Positions 49,826 to 60,700 of a stretch of DNA of 64,000 nt are shown here, in pieces. Position 1 is the first letter of the stretch. Each line of letters begins with the position of its first letter. The translations under genes and the position numbers were made by a program. The notes beneath the pieces are model-generated. The model did not search any database, was not told the DNA's origin, and worked only from the letters and a program-made list of their open reading frames with translations. The stretch comes from Longimicrobiales bacterium (GTDB lineage: Bacteria > Gemmatimonadota > Gemmatimonadetes > Longimicrobiales > Gaopeijiaceae), in contig CBDBCF010000001.1 in the NCBI GenBank assembly GCA_965202985.1, positions 1,216,001 through 1,280,000 on the forward strand, in the 5' to 3' direction.

Positions 49826-51061
49826 ATGTTGGCTGAGGGCTGGGCGTTCGTCGTCGGCAATCCTCGATTCGCTCGGGACGACGTGAAGCCGTGGGCGCTG
49901 GCGGCGATTCTCTGCTTGGGTTGCACCGGCGAGATTGCGGCACAGGAGAAGTTGCTCGAGGCGCCGGCGTTGTTCTCGTCCTCCGACGATGTGGAGCGGG
50001 TCCGGTCTTCGGTGGAGTTCGACACGCTGTGGGTGTTCGGCGGCCCGTCGGACACCTTGCTGGCCGCTCCGCGGCTGCCGCGTCCCGACGGCGCACAAGA
50101 GGTGGTCTTCTTCGACGTGCAGAACCAGGCGGCCTACCGGCTTGGAGGGGACGGCGAGTTGTTGTGGTCCTGGGGGCGCAAGGGCGAAGGGCCGGGCGAA
50201 CTGCGGAACGTTCGGGCATTGGACGTTGCGACGGACGGATCGGTAGTGCTCGTCGACTCCGGCAATCGGCGCGTGGTGCGGTTGAGTGCGGACGGGCGGT
50301 TGCTTGAAGAGGCGCCGGTGCCGGCCCGCAGCGGCTTCGTGACATCGGTGGCCGCGTTGCAGGGCGGCCGGTTTGCGGTCGATGGAGGCGTGGGAGGGTC
50401 TTTTCTTGCGCTGTGGGACGGGGACGACGCGGTCGCGGTGGAGTCGCCGACCGGTCTGGGCAAGGCTTACGCCCTGCTGCAGCAGGGAACAATGGTCAGG
50501 TGGGGCGACGACGGTTGGGTGTTCGGGTTTTTCTACGGCGACGGATGGGCGACGTTCCGGGAAGCCCAGCTGCTGGGCGTCTTTCCTTACGTCGAACACT
50601 TCGACTTTCCGAGGGCGCGACAGGTGCGGCGGGGGAACGGCGTGTCCACGCGGATGGTTCGCAGACCCGCCGAAACCGGGCGGTCGTTGTCCGTGGTCGG
50701 CGACACGCTGTTCGTGCTGTTCGGCGGCGAGAAGGTGGCAGGATGGGCACTGGACAAGTTCGATCTGCGGAGCGGGGCGTACCTGGAAACCGAAGTTCTT
50801 CCCCACTTTGCGAACTCGGCGGTCGTCGGCGAAGACAGAGTCTTCACCATCGAGGCTTGGGACGTGTATCCGCGCATCGTGGCGCTGGCGCGACGGGCGG
50901 CGCAGGCCCCTCGGGTTACCCGTCGGCGCCCACGAGCGGCACAAAGCGCACGGCCCCGAGCGCTTCTCGGACGAAGGCGCCGTCGGGACCCTTCTGCTCC
51001 ACCACCATTGTCTGACAGGCGGCGCTGCCCACGGGCATCACCAAGCGGCCCCCGACCTTGA
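49826..51061 (+). CDS. 6-bladed beta-propeller lipoprotein (start and end uncertain)
   Basis: AILCLGC lipobox-like, WGRKGEGPGEL, DSGNRRV. The tail overlaps pcm antisense. Confidence 0.75.
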   Translation: MLAEGWAFVVGNPRFARDDVKPWALAAILCLGCTGEIAAQEKLLEAPALFSSSDDVERVRSSVEFDTLWVFGGPSDTLLAAPRLPRPDGAQEVVFFDVQNQAAYRLGGDGELLWSWGRKGEGPGELRNVRALDVATDGSVVLVDSGNRRVVRLSADGRLLEEAPVPARSGFVTSVAALQGGRFAVDGGVGGSFLALWDGDDAVAVESPTGLGKAYALLQQGTMVRWGDDGWVFGFFYGDGWATFREAQLLGVFPYVEHFDFPRARQVRRGNGVSTRMVRRPAETGRSLSVVGDTLFVLFGGEKVAGWALDKFDLRSGAYLETEVLPHFANSAVVGEDRVFTIEAWDVYPRIVALARRAAQAPRVTRRRPRAAQSARPRALLGRRRRRDPSAPPPLSDRRRCPRASPSGPRP

Positions 51062-51578
51062 GCTGGTCGCGCAGCGGGGCGGGAACCCGAGAGCCGCCGG
51101 CCGCAACGGAGACGGCGTCGAAGGGGGCGTGCTCGGGCCAGCCCAGGCTGCCGTCCCCGACGCGGATGTGCACGTTGCTGAAGCGCAGGGCCGCTAGGCG
51201 AGTTCGTGCTTGGGCCGCCAGTGCGCCGCGCCGCTCCACGGTGAAAACGCTGCCGGCAAGTCGCGACAGCACGGCGGCTCCGTAGCCCGATCCCGTACCC
51301 ACTTCCAGCACGCGGTCGCCGGTGGACAACTGCAGGAGATCGGCCATCCAAGCCACAACGAACGGCTGCGACGCGGTTTGGCCCTCGCCGATCGGAACCG
51401 GGCCGTCGGCGTAGGCCAGCGAGGCGGCCGACGGGGGCACGAAGCGCTCTCGCGGGACCGCTTCCATGGCTGCGAGGACCCTGGGGTCCGCGATCCCCCG
51501 GCGGGCGATCTGCCGACGCACCATCCGACGGCGTTCGCGCAGGCGATCTCGGGGCTGGCGAGCGCCGGCCGGCGTCAA
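50916..51578 (-). CDS. pcm: Protein-L-isoaspartate O-methyltransferase
   Basis: VPRERFV, GQTASQP, VLEVGTGSGY, GDGSLGWPEHAPFD, VRFVPL. Confidence 0.93.
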   Translation of the reverse strand: MTPAGARQPRDRLRERRRMVRRQIARRGIADPRVLAAMEAVPRERFVPPSAASLAYADGPVPIGEGQTASQPFVVAWMADLLQLSTGDRVLEVGTGSGYGAAVLSRLAGSVFTVERRGALAAQARTRLAALRFSNVHIRVGDGSLGWPEHAPFDAVSVAAGGSRVPAPLRDQLKVGGRLVMPVGSAACQTMVVEQKGPDGAFVREALGAVRFVPLVGADG

Positions 51579-52726
51579 GGAGCCGGCGGGCCCGGCCAGA
51601 AGTCGATGCCTCCGGGCTGGTGCTCCAGCTCCAACGTCGCGACCACCTCCAGCGCCTCCAGGTCGATCACGTCCAGGGTTCCGCGCACCGAACCCACCGA
51701 CTCGTTCGTGACGAAGGCCCAGCGGCCGTCGGGGCTGGCCACCACGCCGTGCGTCACCGGGCGGGACGTGGGCAGGCGACGCAGAAGCGCACCGGCTTCC
51801 AGGTCGAACACAGCCACGGCCTGCTCCCCCTTCAGCGTGGCGATCAGGAGACGCCCCCCGGCCACGGCCTCCAGGTTGTACGGCCCGGCGCCCGTGGCGA
51901 ACCGCCGCGACACGCGCCACGCCTCGGTGTCCACCTCCAGCACCTCGCGGTTCTTGTTGCACGCCACGTAGACGAACCGGTTTGCGCGCGCGCCCGAGGC
52001 CGGCTCCACCCACGTGGGACTGCATACGGCGGCCGGCTCCGAGTGCGCCGCGGGCTCGTGGGCGTCGGCCAGCAACGCTTCGTGCCCCGGCGCCAGGCCG
52101 AAGCGCGCGCTGGGCTGGAAGGTCTCGACGTCGATCTCGACCAGCTGCTCGGAGTGCATGCACACGGAGTACTGCTTGGTCCCGGCGGCGTCGACGCGGC
52201 TCCCGTGCGGCATCAGGCACGTCGTGATCTTGGCGATCTCCAGCATGTCGGGGGCGTACACCACCGAAATGCTGGACGGTTCCATGTCGCCGTGCAGGTT
52301 GAAGTTGGCCGCCAGCAGGAACTGGCCGTCGGGCGTGAGTCCCATCGTCGCGGGGAAGCGTCCCAGGCGGGTCCGCGCCACCAAGGTGTCGGGGCCGGCG
52401 TGGAACTTCCACACGTAGCCGAAGGGCGTGCCGTGGGCGATGCTCACGTACCAGTGGCGGCCGTCGGGCGACACGCTAAGGCCGTGGGCGCCGTCGTTGT
52501 CGCCGGGCATGATCCCGACGGGGATGTTCTTCTCCAGGACGGCGCCTTGTCCGGGCGCAAAGGCGACGCGGCTCACCAAGTCCGACGACTCGTTGGCCAC
52601 GTACACGCGGTAGACGGGAGAGTCCCGCACGGCCTCTTGGCCAAGGGCTGGAGCCGGCGTCGGCAAAGCCGCAAGCGATGCCAACAGGGCCAGCCCCGCG
52701 ACCGCCGCCTTGTGCGCCCCGCTCAC
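51575..52726 (-). CDS. YncE/YVTN-like secreted beta-propeller
   Basis: Signal peptide, VYVANES, HGLSVSPDG, HGVVASPDGRWAFVTNE. Confidence 0.85.
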   Translation of the reverse strand: MSGAHKAAVAGLALLASLAALPTPAPALGQEAVRDSPVYRVYVANESSDLVSRVAFAPGQGAVLEKNIPVGIMPGDNDGAHGLSVSPDGRHWYVSIAHGTPFGYVWKFHAGPDTLVARTRLGRFPATMGLTPDGQFLLAANFNLHGDMEPSSISVVYAPDMLEIAKITTCLMPHGSRVDAAGTKQYSVCMHSEQLVEIDVETFQPSARFGLAPGHEALLADAHEPAAHSEPAAVCSPTWVEPASGARANRFVYVACNKNREVLEVDTEAWRVSRRFATGAGPYNLEAVAGGRLLIATLKGEQAVAVFDLEAGALLRRLPTSRPVTHGVVASPDGRWAFVTNESVGSVRGTLDVIDLEALEVVATLELEHQPGGIDFWPGPPAP

Positions 52727-55065
52727 GACACCGGCGCCTTGTCGGCGGGCTCCACGCGCAGAACCCACAATCCCGAGTTCAAGTCCGACACGAACACGTG
52801 ACCCTTGAACAGCTGGGGTCCCCACGCCATCGGCGAGTTGGCCACGTGCCCGTCGGGCGTGCCCGTCGGGAACCACGCGATCTCGCGGCCCTGGCGGTAC
52901 AGGTCCCCTCGCAGCTCGCCGGACACGTCCACCACGCGAAGCCCCGCCTGGTAGTAGGCCACGTACATCTTGTCGTCCTCGATCCACAGGTTGTGCGCGC
53001 CGGCCTCGGGCACCTCGTAGCGCGCGACCTCGCGCATCTTCTCGGGGTCCTCCATGTCCAGCACGTGCACGAACCCCCGGGAGCCGTCCCCCGGGTGTCC
53101 GTTGCGCGAAACGCAGTCCTCGCAGCCGAAGATCTCGTCGCCCACGAACAGGTAGCGATGTCCGTCCGCGTTTGTGTACGGGAACGCCACGTGCGTGTTG
53201 CCCTCCGGGTAGGCGTAGCTGCCGACCTCGACCGGCGCGCGCGGAGTGCCGCCCCAGCGGCCGTCGCCGGCGTCCAAGACGTACACGCCGTCGTGCCAGT
53301 ACGACACGTAGGCCATGCCGTCCGACACCCAGATGTCGTGCAGGTACTTGCCCGGCACGTCGATGCCCCAGCGGCCCGCCTCCTCGATGTCGCCGGGGTC
53401 GGACACGTCCAGCACGTGGACTTCGGCGGTGCCGTTGTGAACCGCATACAGGACGTCGCCGTTGAAGAAAACGTTGTGCACGCCGCCGGTGAGCTCCTTG
53501 TCGTAGGTGTCCGCGACCACCGGGTGGCCCGGGTCGGAGATGTCCAGGAGCACGACGCCGTTCTTGCGGTCCGAAGCGCCTTCGCGTGTGATCGCGGCCA
53601 ACGTGGCGTCGGCGTTCACCTTCACGTCGTTCACGACCCGCGCGTCCACTTCCACGAAGTCGGTCAGCACCGGGTTGGCAGGGTTCGTCACGTCCCAAGC
53701 GAGCATTCTTTGGCCCCCGGCGTGCGTGCCGGTGTACACGTAGTCCCGGCCGTCGGCCCCCGTGAACGCCCACAGGTCCGAAGTGGGACGGTCCGCCACC
53801 AAGCCGCGGCCCACCACCGTCGCGCGGTGCTCCATGCCCCGCTCCACGACCTCGATCAGCGCCTGACCCGAGCCGACGCCGGCGGACGCCACGACGCGGT
53901 AGAGTCCGGGCCGCTCCGCCACGAACGCACCGTCGGCGAAGATCGACGCGCCCAAAGCCGTCCGGGTCTGGAACGACGCCACCGAGAACTCCACCAGCGC
54001 GCCCTCCACCGGTTCGTCGGCCTCGTCCTTGGCAACAGCCGAGAAGCGCACCACGTCTCCCGTTCTGGCCCGCGAGCGGCCCACGACCTCCACCGTCGCC
54101 ACGGGGTTGGCCTCGACTTCGAGGTCGATGCTGGCCTCCACGCCTTCCGCCGCGGCCGTGACCTTCAAGGCGCCGGGCCGGAGCGCCCGCAGAAAGCCCC
54201 GTTCGTCCACGGTGGCCAACCGCCGGCGGTTGCTTGCCCAATCGACCTGCACGGCGCTCCGGGGAGACCCGTCCGCCGTCAGTGCCTGGGCCTGAAGCTG
54301 CAGAACCGTGCCGACGAGCAGGCGGACGCCGGGGTCCGCGATCTCCACCGTAGCGACGGGCGGACCCGCCACTACGACGGGCGACGAGAAGGTTCGGACG
54401 ATCGGCGGGCCGGTTCCGCTGGGCGGCGGCGCCCGAATCGCCATGCGCAGTTCGGCTTCGCCCTCCGACAGGCCCTTGATGCGGCCGTCCTCCAGGACCG
54501 CGTGGCGCGACTCGAGGTTGGCCAGGATGCGGACGCCGTGGACAGGCGCGCCGGCGTCGTCGTAGGCGACCATCTTCACGTCGCCGTCGATCGCCATGGA
54601 GACGGAATCGCCCACTTGGACGCGGATCTCCGCCGGCTCGGTCCGCACCACGGCCACGCGCGCGCCGATGCGGACGGCTGCGGAGTATTCGCGTGCCGAC
54701 GGGGGCGGAGGCGGGGCGGCGGCGTTTGCGGCGGCGGAAGCCGGGTCCGCGGGGGGCGCGGATTGGTCGGTGGGCGGGGTGTTTTCGTTCGCGGGCGGCG
54801 CAGCTTGGTCCGTAGGGATCGGCGCCGGGTCCGCGGGGGGTGCGGCAGGGGGCTCGGCTTCGTCGGGCGGGGGCGCGGCGGCCTGGACTTCGTCCGGGGA
54901 CGGCGGGGGCTCGGGAGCCGGCTGGGGCTGGGGTTCCGCCTCCGGCGCTTCCTGAGGTTCGGCGACGGGGGGCGGCAACGGGTCAAGCGTCGCCCTGGAC
55001 GGCGTTCCCGGCGCGCAAGCCGCGACAACGGCGAAAACCAGTACTGCGATTGCGTGTCTCTTCAT
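52723..55065 (-). CDS. Lipoprotein with Pro-rich linker, Ig-like domains and LVIVD repeats
   Basis: Lipobox VAAC, Big_2-like ATVDERG, LLDISDP/VLDVSDP repeats. Confidence 0.85.
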   Translation of the reverse strand: MKRHAIAVLVFAVVAACAPGTPSRATLDPLPPPVAEPQEAPEAEPQPQPAPEPPPSPDEVQAAAPPPDEAEPPAAPPADPAPIPTDQAAPPANENTPPTDQSAPPADPASAAANAAAPPPPPSAREYSAAVRIGARVAVVRTEPAEIRVQVGDSVSMAIDGDVKMVAYDDAGAPVHGVRILANLESRHAVLEDGRIKGLSEGEAELRMAIRAPPPSGTGPPIVRTFSSPVVVAGPPVATVEIADPGVRLLVGTVLQLQAQALTADGSPRSAVQVDWASNRRRLATVDERGFLRALRPGALKVTAAAEGVEASIDLEVEANPVATVEVVGRSRARTGDVVRFSAVAKDEADEPVEGALVEFSVASFQTRTALGASIFADGAFVAERPGLYRVVASAGVGSGQALIEVVERGMEHRATVVGRGLVADRPTSDLWAFTGADGRDYVYTGTHAGGQRMLAWDVTNPANPVLTDFVEVDARVVNDVKVNADATLAAITREGASDRKNGVVLLDISDPGHPVVADTYDKELTGGVHNVFFNGDVLYAVHNGTAEVHVLDVSDPGDIEEAGRWGIDVPGKYLHDIWVSDGMAYVSYWHDGVYVLDAGDGRWGGTPRAPVEVGSYAYPEGNTHVAFPYTNADGHRYLFVGDEIFGCEDCVSRNGHPGDGSRGFVHVLDMEDPEKMREVARYEVPEAGAHNLWIEDDKMYVAYYQAGLRVVDVSGELRGDLYRQGREIAWFPTGTPDGHVANSPMAWGPQLFKGHVFVSDLNSGLWVLRVEPADKAPVS

Positions 55066-55169
55066 CGTGCTCTCCGCGTTTCAAGAACCGAGCTTGTTAT
55101 CAATATGACGGCGCGCGGCGTCCGAAAAGATGGCGGGCGGTGCGGCGCGCCGGTAGCTTGAAGCCCCTT

Positions 55170-55484
55170 ATGACCGCCTTTTCCGAGCAAGTCTACGCGT
55201 GGGTCAGGAGGATCCCGCCGGGCCGGATCATCAACTACGGAGGCGTGGCCGCGCTGGCCGGCAAGCCCCGGGCCGCGCGCGGGGTCGGGTACGCCTTGAG
55301 CCACCTGCCGCCCGAGACCGACGTGCCTTGGTGGCGCGTGGTGAACCGACGCGGCGCCATCTCGACCTCCCGAGTTGCCGGAACGGCCCAGCGCCAACGG
55401 GCGTTGCTGGAACTAGAAGGGGTCGAGTTCGACGACAAGGGGGAAGCCTCGTGGAAGCGGTTCGGATGGGACCCGTACGAATAG
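55170..55484 (+). CDS. Alkyltransferase-like (ATL, MGMT family) DNA-binding protein
   Basis: IPPG..YG, ARGVG, PWWRVVN (Trp in place of the catalytic Cys). Confidence 0.9.
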   Translation: MTAFSEQVYAWVRRIPPGRIINYGGVAALAGKPRAARGVGYALSHLPPETDVPWWRVVNRRGAISTSRVAGTAQRQRALLELEGVEFDDKGEASWKRFGWDPYE

Positions 55485-57745
55485 CCGGGCGGGCGGGCGG
55501 TCTTGCCGGCTTGGCGACCGGCGCTCGGCTGGCGGCTGGCGCTCGGCTGGCGGCGGCGATGCGGCTGGCGGTGGGGGCCGCGCTGGCAGCGGCACCGACC
55601 TTGGTCGGCTGCTCCGATCCCGCCTCGGATGCGCTCAGATCGGGGGCGCCCGCCGCCTTTCACCGGGCGTACGCGGAGATCGTTGCCGAAGAGGACGCCC
55701 GCGGGCGGGAGGGGCTGACGCAGGTGCTCCTTTACCTGGAGGGATCCGAGCCGGCGGTGCGGGCCGTAGCCGCGAGGGCGCTGGGGCGGCTGGAAGACCC
55801 TCGACACCTGCCGCGGCTGCAGTCGCCGGCGGCCGATCCCGACCCTGCGGTGCGGGTCGCCGCCGCGCACGCGACGGCCCAGATGGTATTCGGACGCGAT
55901 CCCGGATCGGCGTTGCCGGCGCTGCTGGAGAGGCTCCAAGAAGAGGAAAATCCGGCGGTCCTGGGAGCGCTGGCGAGCGCATTGGGCCGCATCGAGACCC
56001 GAACGCCGGATGCTCGGGAGGCGGCCGCAGCGGGACTGGGGCTGGTCGCCAAGCGCCTGCTGCAACCGGCCGACGGAGGCCCGTTGCCGGACCCGGAGTT
56101 GGCGGGCCGCACTGGCTTGGCGCGGGGCCTGGAGGCGTTCGCGCGACAGGGCGGGCCGCCCTTGGCTGCATGGACGGCGGCGGCCCGGTCGCTGGCCGTC
56201 CTGGCCGACTCGACGCGAGAGCGGGACGCGGCCCGGATCCGGCGGTTGGCCTTGGCGGCCCTGGCGCGCGCCGGAGCCTTGCCGCCCGAGTTGGCGCTGT
56301 CGGGCGCGGCGAGCTCCGACTGGGGCGTCCGGCGACAGGTCTTGGTCGCGGCAGCTCGTTCGGACCCGGACCGGCTGGAGCCCGCGTTGGCCCAGGCCGT
56401 GAACACGGGCTTGGTCGATCCCGATCCGCGAGTCAGGGTGGAAGCGTTGCGGGCCTACGATCGGCATCTGCGCCCTCAGGACGGGTGCGGCCCCATCTTC
56501 AATGCGCTCGCCGACCCGAACCCTCACGTCTCGGCCACCGCCGCCGGTCTTGCGGCCCGCCCTTGCCCGAACGTCGAGGGTCAGCGGGCCGCGCTGCGCG
56601 AACGACTGGCCGGGCTGGACCGTTCGCGTGCGGACTGGCGCGGTCCGGCGCAGGCCCTCGCCGCGCTTGCAGCCTTGGCGCCCGAAACCCCCCAGACGGC
56701 CCAGGGCATCGCACGCCTCGAGTCCCACGAATCGCCGTTCGCACGTGCGTGGGCAGCCCGCGCCGCCGCCTTGGTCCGCGATCAAGCGACGCTCCGCCGG
56801 CTGGCCGGCGACCGGGACTTCAACGTGCGCACGGCGGCTTTGGAGGGATTGGGCGCCGTGGCCGGCAGTGCGGCTTGGGACGTCTATGCGGCCCAGTTGG
56901 ACGCCCCCGACCCGCTGCTGGTCATGACGGCCGTACGCCTGTTGACGGAACACGTCCCGCCCGCCGAAGCCGCGCCCCCGGGAGCCGCGCCGCCCGAGGA
57001 CGATGCCGCGCCGACTTCCTTGCCCGCCCAGACCGCGACGCCCGCCATGCTGGCCGCGCTGGATCGCTTCACCGCCACGGGCCGAGAGACCGTGCGGGAC
57101 GTGCGCCTTGCGCTCCTTGACGGCATCGACGCGGCAGGCGGCGCTCCTCGGATCGCCCTGGAGCCCTACTTGACCGACTTCGACTCTGCGGTGGCGGCAC
57201 GTGCCGCAGCGCTGGTCGGCCCCGACGCAACGCCCCGGCCCCGACCGCTGTCCCGCGCCGCGACGCCGGACGCCGCTCGTCTGGCTTGGCTGGAAGGCGC
57301 CTCGGTGGTGCTGCGCATGGAGGGGCTGGGCGACATCGTGATCGCGCTCCGACCGGACTTGGCCGCCACAAACGCGCATCGCTTCGCCCGTCTGGTCGAA
57401 GAAGGCTACTTCGACGGCCTGACCTTTCACCGCGTGGAGCCCAACTTCGTGATCCAGGGGGGCAGCCCCCACGCCAACGAGTACGCCGGCGACGGCCCCT
57501 ACACGCGGGACGAGATCAGCGCGCAACCCCACTGGAGAGGCACGGTGGGCCTTTCCACGCGCGGCAGGGACACCGGCGACGCCCAGATATTCGTCAACTT
57601 GGTGGACAACGTTCGGCTGGACTTCAACTACACCATCTTCGGCGAGGTCGTGGAGGGCATGGACATCGTGGACGCCGGTCAAGAGGGGGCAGTGATCCTG
57701 GAGGCCCGCTTGGCGGTCGGGGCCGGCGGAGAGACTGCTCGGTGA
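55466..57745 (+). CDS. HEAT-repeat lipoprotein with C-terminal cyclophilin PPIase (start may be 55559)
   Basis: LVGC lipobox, DPDPAVR-type HEAT repeats, FHRVEPNFVIQGG, YTIFGEV. Confidence 0.87.
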   Translation: MGPVRIAGRAGGLAGLATGARLAAGARLAAAMRLAVGAALAAAPTLVGCSDPASDALRSGAPAAFHRAYAEIVAEEDARGREGLTQVLLYLEGSEPAVRAVAARALGRLEDPRHLPRLQSPAADPDPAVRVAAAHATAQMVFGRDPGSALPALLERLQEEENPAVLGALASALGRIETRTPDAREAAAAGLGLVAKRLLQPADGGPLPDPELAGRTGLARGLEAFARQGGPPLAAWTAAARSLAVLADSTRERDAARIRRLALAALARAGALPPELALSGAASSDWGVRRQVLVAAARSDPDRLEPALAQAVNTGLVDPDPRVRVEALRAYDRHLRPQDGCGPIFNALADPNPHVSATAAGLAARPCPNVEGQRAALRERLAGLDRSRADWRGPAQALAALAALAPETPQTAQGIARLESHESPFARAWAARAAALVRDQATLRRLAGDRDFNVRTAALEGLGAVAGSAAWDVYAAQLDAPDPLLVMTAVRLLTEHVPPAEAAPPGAAPPEDDAAPTSLPAQTATPAMLAALDRFTATGRETVRDVRLALLDGIDAAGGAPRIALEPYLTDFDSAVAARAAALVGPDATPRPRPLSRAATPDAARLAWLEGASVVLRMEGLGDIVIALRPDLAATNAHRFARLVEEGYFDGLTFHRVEPNFVIQGGSPHANEYAGDGPYTRDEISAQPHWRGTVGLSTRGRDTGDAQIFVNLVDNVRLDFNYTIFGEVVEGMDIVDAGQEGAVILEARLAVGAGGETAR

Positions 57746-60700
57746 AGACTCCGACGACGAGGCCGACAAGGAAGGTCTTGGCCCGGAGCAGACAGTCGGC
57801 GCCTCCGGCGAGAGTGGTCGTGGTTGCGGCGGGACCGGCGGCATCCCCGGCGGGAGTGGTGGCGCTTCCGGCGGGAGCGGCGGCGCCTCTGGCGGGACCG
57901 GCCGTCGCCACGGCGCTTGCGCTGGTCCTGCTGGCGGGGTTTGGCACGGCTCGGCCTGTCGCGGGTCAGGACGGGGAGGTCCCGGATTTCGACTTGGCGT
58001 CGCTGTTCGTCCACGCGCCCGGCGAGGGCAACGGCAACCTGCTGCTGGACGAGAACGAGGACGGCGTGCCCGACCGCCTGGGCGTCGCCTTCGTGATGGC
58101 CGCGGAGCCGTCCGGCGCGGAGAGCATGGCGGCGGCGGAGATCGCGGCCCGCCTGGGCTTCGAGACGATGGCGCTGGACCTGCCGTTGGCGCGGATCGTC
58201 GGCGCGCGGCCAGGGGGCGAGGGCGAGCGGATGCTGGATGCTGGAAGCGAAGGCGGGGGCGAGCGCGGAGCCGGGACGGGGGCGGACGAACTTGGCGTCA
58301 GGATCGTGATCGGGCGGCGCGCCTTGACGGAAGCGGGGCTGGCGTGGACCGCGTTCGGGGCGCCCGAACCCGCACCGGGCGAAGGCGCAGTGGCGACGCT
58401 GACCACTGGCGGAGTTCGTTGGCTGGCCGTGGCCGGCGGGAACGACGACGGCCTCCTTCGCGCAGCGAGGACGCTGGCGGGCGCGCTGCCGTGGGTCGGC
58501 GACCCGTCGGGACCGTCTCTTGAAGAGATCGGCGACGAGCTGGTCGGTTGGCTGGAGGGCGATCCGGACGCCGACCCCGAGTCGGCCGGGGATGTCCAAA
58601 CGGAGGCCGGGGCAGGCTCGGAGGCTGAGGCCGCTGAGGCTGAGGCTGCATCGGCCAGCCCGGCCTTTGCCTGGGCCGTGGCGGACGTGGACGGCAACCT
58701 GCTGTTGGGCGCCCGGTTGGAGTTCCCTGTCCCAACCGACGCCGACGACGCCTTTCAGCGGCTGGAGCGCTTGGCGGCGTCACGAACCGCGCCCGGAAGC
58801 CCGCCGCACGAGGCCGACTCCCTGGTGCTGCGGTTCGCGGGCGTGTCGTCCGTGGTCCTGTCGAGCGGAGACCGGGAGGTGTCGCTTCCGACCCTGGCTT
58901 CGCCCCCGCCTCCGGGGCCGATTGCAGGCCGTCCGGGCTCGGGCGCAAAGTCCGAGATGGACCTGTCCAACGTCTATTCGACGGCCGGGTTCCTGGCCGA
59001 CTCCGACGGCAACGAGATCCCCGACCGCATCGACGTGCTGCTCGTCCCCGACGCGGGTGCCCGCGGGGTCGTGGAGCTGGCGGCGCGCCTGGGCTTGGAG
59101 TCGACCGGGCTGACAGTGCCCCTGCTCAAACGCCCGGACGAGATCGAGTCCCCCGCCGGCGAGCCCACCACCGTGCTGCTTGGCACGCCCGAGGCGCATC
59201 CCTTGATCGCCCGGCTGGCCGACAGCGGCAGCATCTCTCTGGACGGTCTGGCACCGGGTCAGGGCCTAATCGAACTGGTGCCGCGCGCGTTCGGCGACAA
59301 GCCCAGCCTGGTAGCGACAGGAGCGGACCGCGCCGGCGCAACGCGAGCGACGCGCCAGCTGGCGGCAGTCTTCCCTTACGTGGACCGGCTCGGCCGTCGG
59401 ACGGAACTCGACCGCGTCCCCACGTTCGACCAGATCGAGCGCGACCTCTGGGGTGCGCTTTCGGGGCGGACGCCGGCGGGCCAAGCCGCGATCGGTCTCT
59501 ACAAGCTGGACCGGATCGCGGCCTCGTTGGCAGGTGAAGGGATCGCTCGGGCGGAAGTGCTGGTGTCGCTGGAGAAGCCGGACGACAGCATCTCGGGCGA
59601 CAGCGCTTCAGGCGGGGCGTACGCGGCGCTCGTGCGCGAGCGGGCGGCGGCAATTGGCGCGGACAGCTTGGTCGTGTCCATAGACGACCGGGACGTGCAG
59701 GCGGCCGGGACGATCTTCGAGGACGTCTTCGAGGCGCCGTCGGAGGTGGACCGGTTCTGGACCGTCTTCGAGGAGCGCGTCGAGGGCATGGCACCGCCCG
59801 GTGCGCCGGTGTGGATGAAGGCTCGACTGTCGGAGCCGCCGGAGGTCCGCCGGGCAATCGCCCAGGAAGCACGCCGACGGCTGTTGGAAGCGGGGGCCGA
59901 CCCGGAGGCCACGCAGGTCCAGGTCCTGTCCGCGTTCAAGCAGGGGTTCTCGTGGCTGCGCGAATCGGTGGGGCCTCGGCTCGCCGATGCCGGCGCGGGT
60001 GCGCATCCGGACCAGATCGTGATCGAGTTTCTGCGGAACGAACCGCCCGCCCAGTGGCCCCAGCAGGCCATTCACACGCCCCTCCGCTGGCTTCACGAGA
60101 TCTTCCCCATCGACGAGGTGCTGGCCCAGGACTTGGGGCTGGAAGCGGGGCAGGTGCGCTTCGAGATGGTGGATTCCGGTCCCGCGTACCGAGTTCGCGC
60201 ATTGGCGTCGGACGGACGGACGCTGCTGGAAGACGTGTTCGAGCCCAAATGGGTGCTGCGCCCGTACTTCGATCGCTTCCGCGACTACGAGCAGGTTCGG
60301 GTCACCACCGGCTGGATCACCGCCGTGGCGGGCGACGGCGCGCAGGCGGACACGCTGGCGGACGAGCGCATCGTCACGGACCCGGAGTGGTTCTGGGATC
60401 GGTACCAATCGCGCACGCTGCCGGCAGTCTACGACTACGTCATGGATCGCCACCAAGGGAACCCTCGGGGCGGCGCCGCCGACGCCCCCTTCTTCGGCAC
60501 GCTCACGGTGGAGCTGGAGATGAGCGAGCCCGACTACAGGCTGGGCGTGGACAACGAGATCGTTTCGCCCATGGACGCGCTCCACGAAGAGGTCTACTTC
60601 GGGACGATCGAGTTCTTCCACTTGATCGGCCGAAACGCCCGTGGGCAGGACCTGACCTATCCGGGACGGATCGTTCCGATCATGCGCCCCAGGAGCACGG

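Noticed and set aside
55170..55484. Active O6-methylguanine methyltransferase (ogt)
   Set aside because: PWWR replaces the catalytic PCHR, so it is ATL-type.
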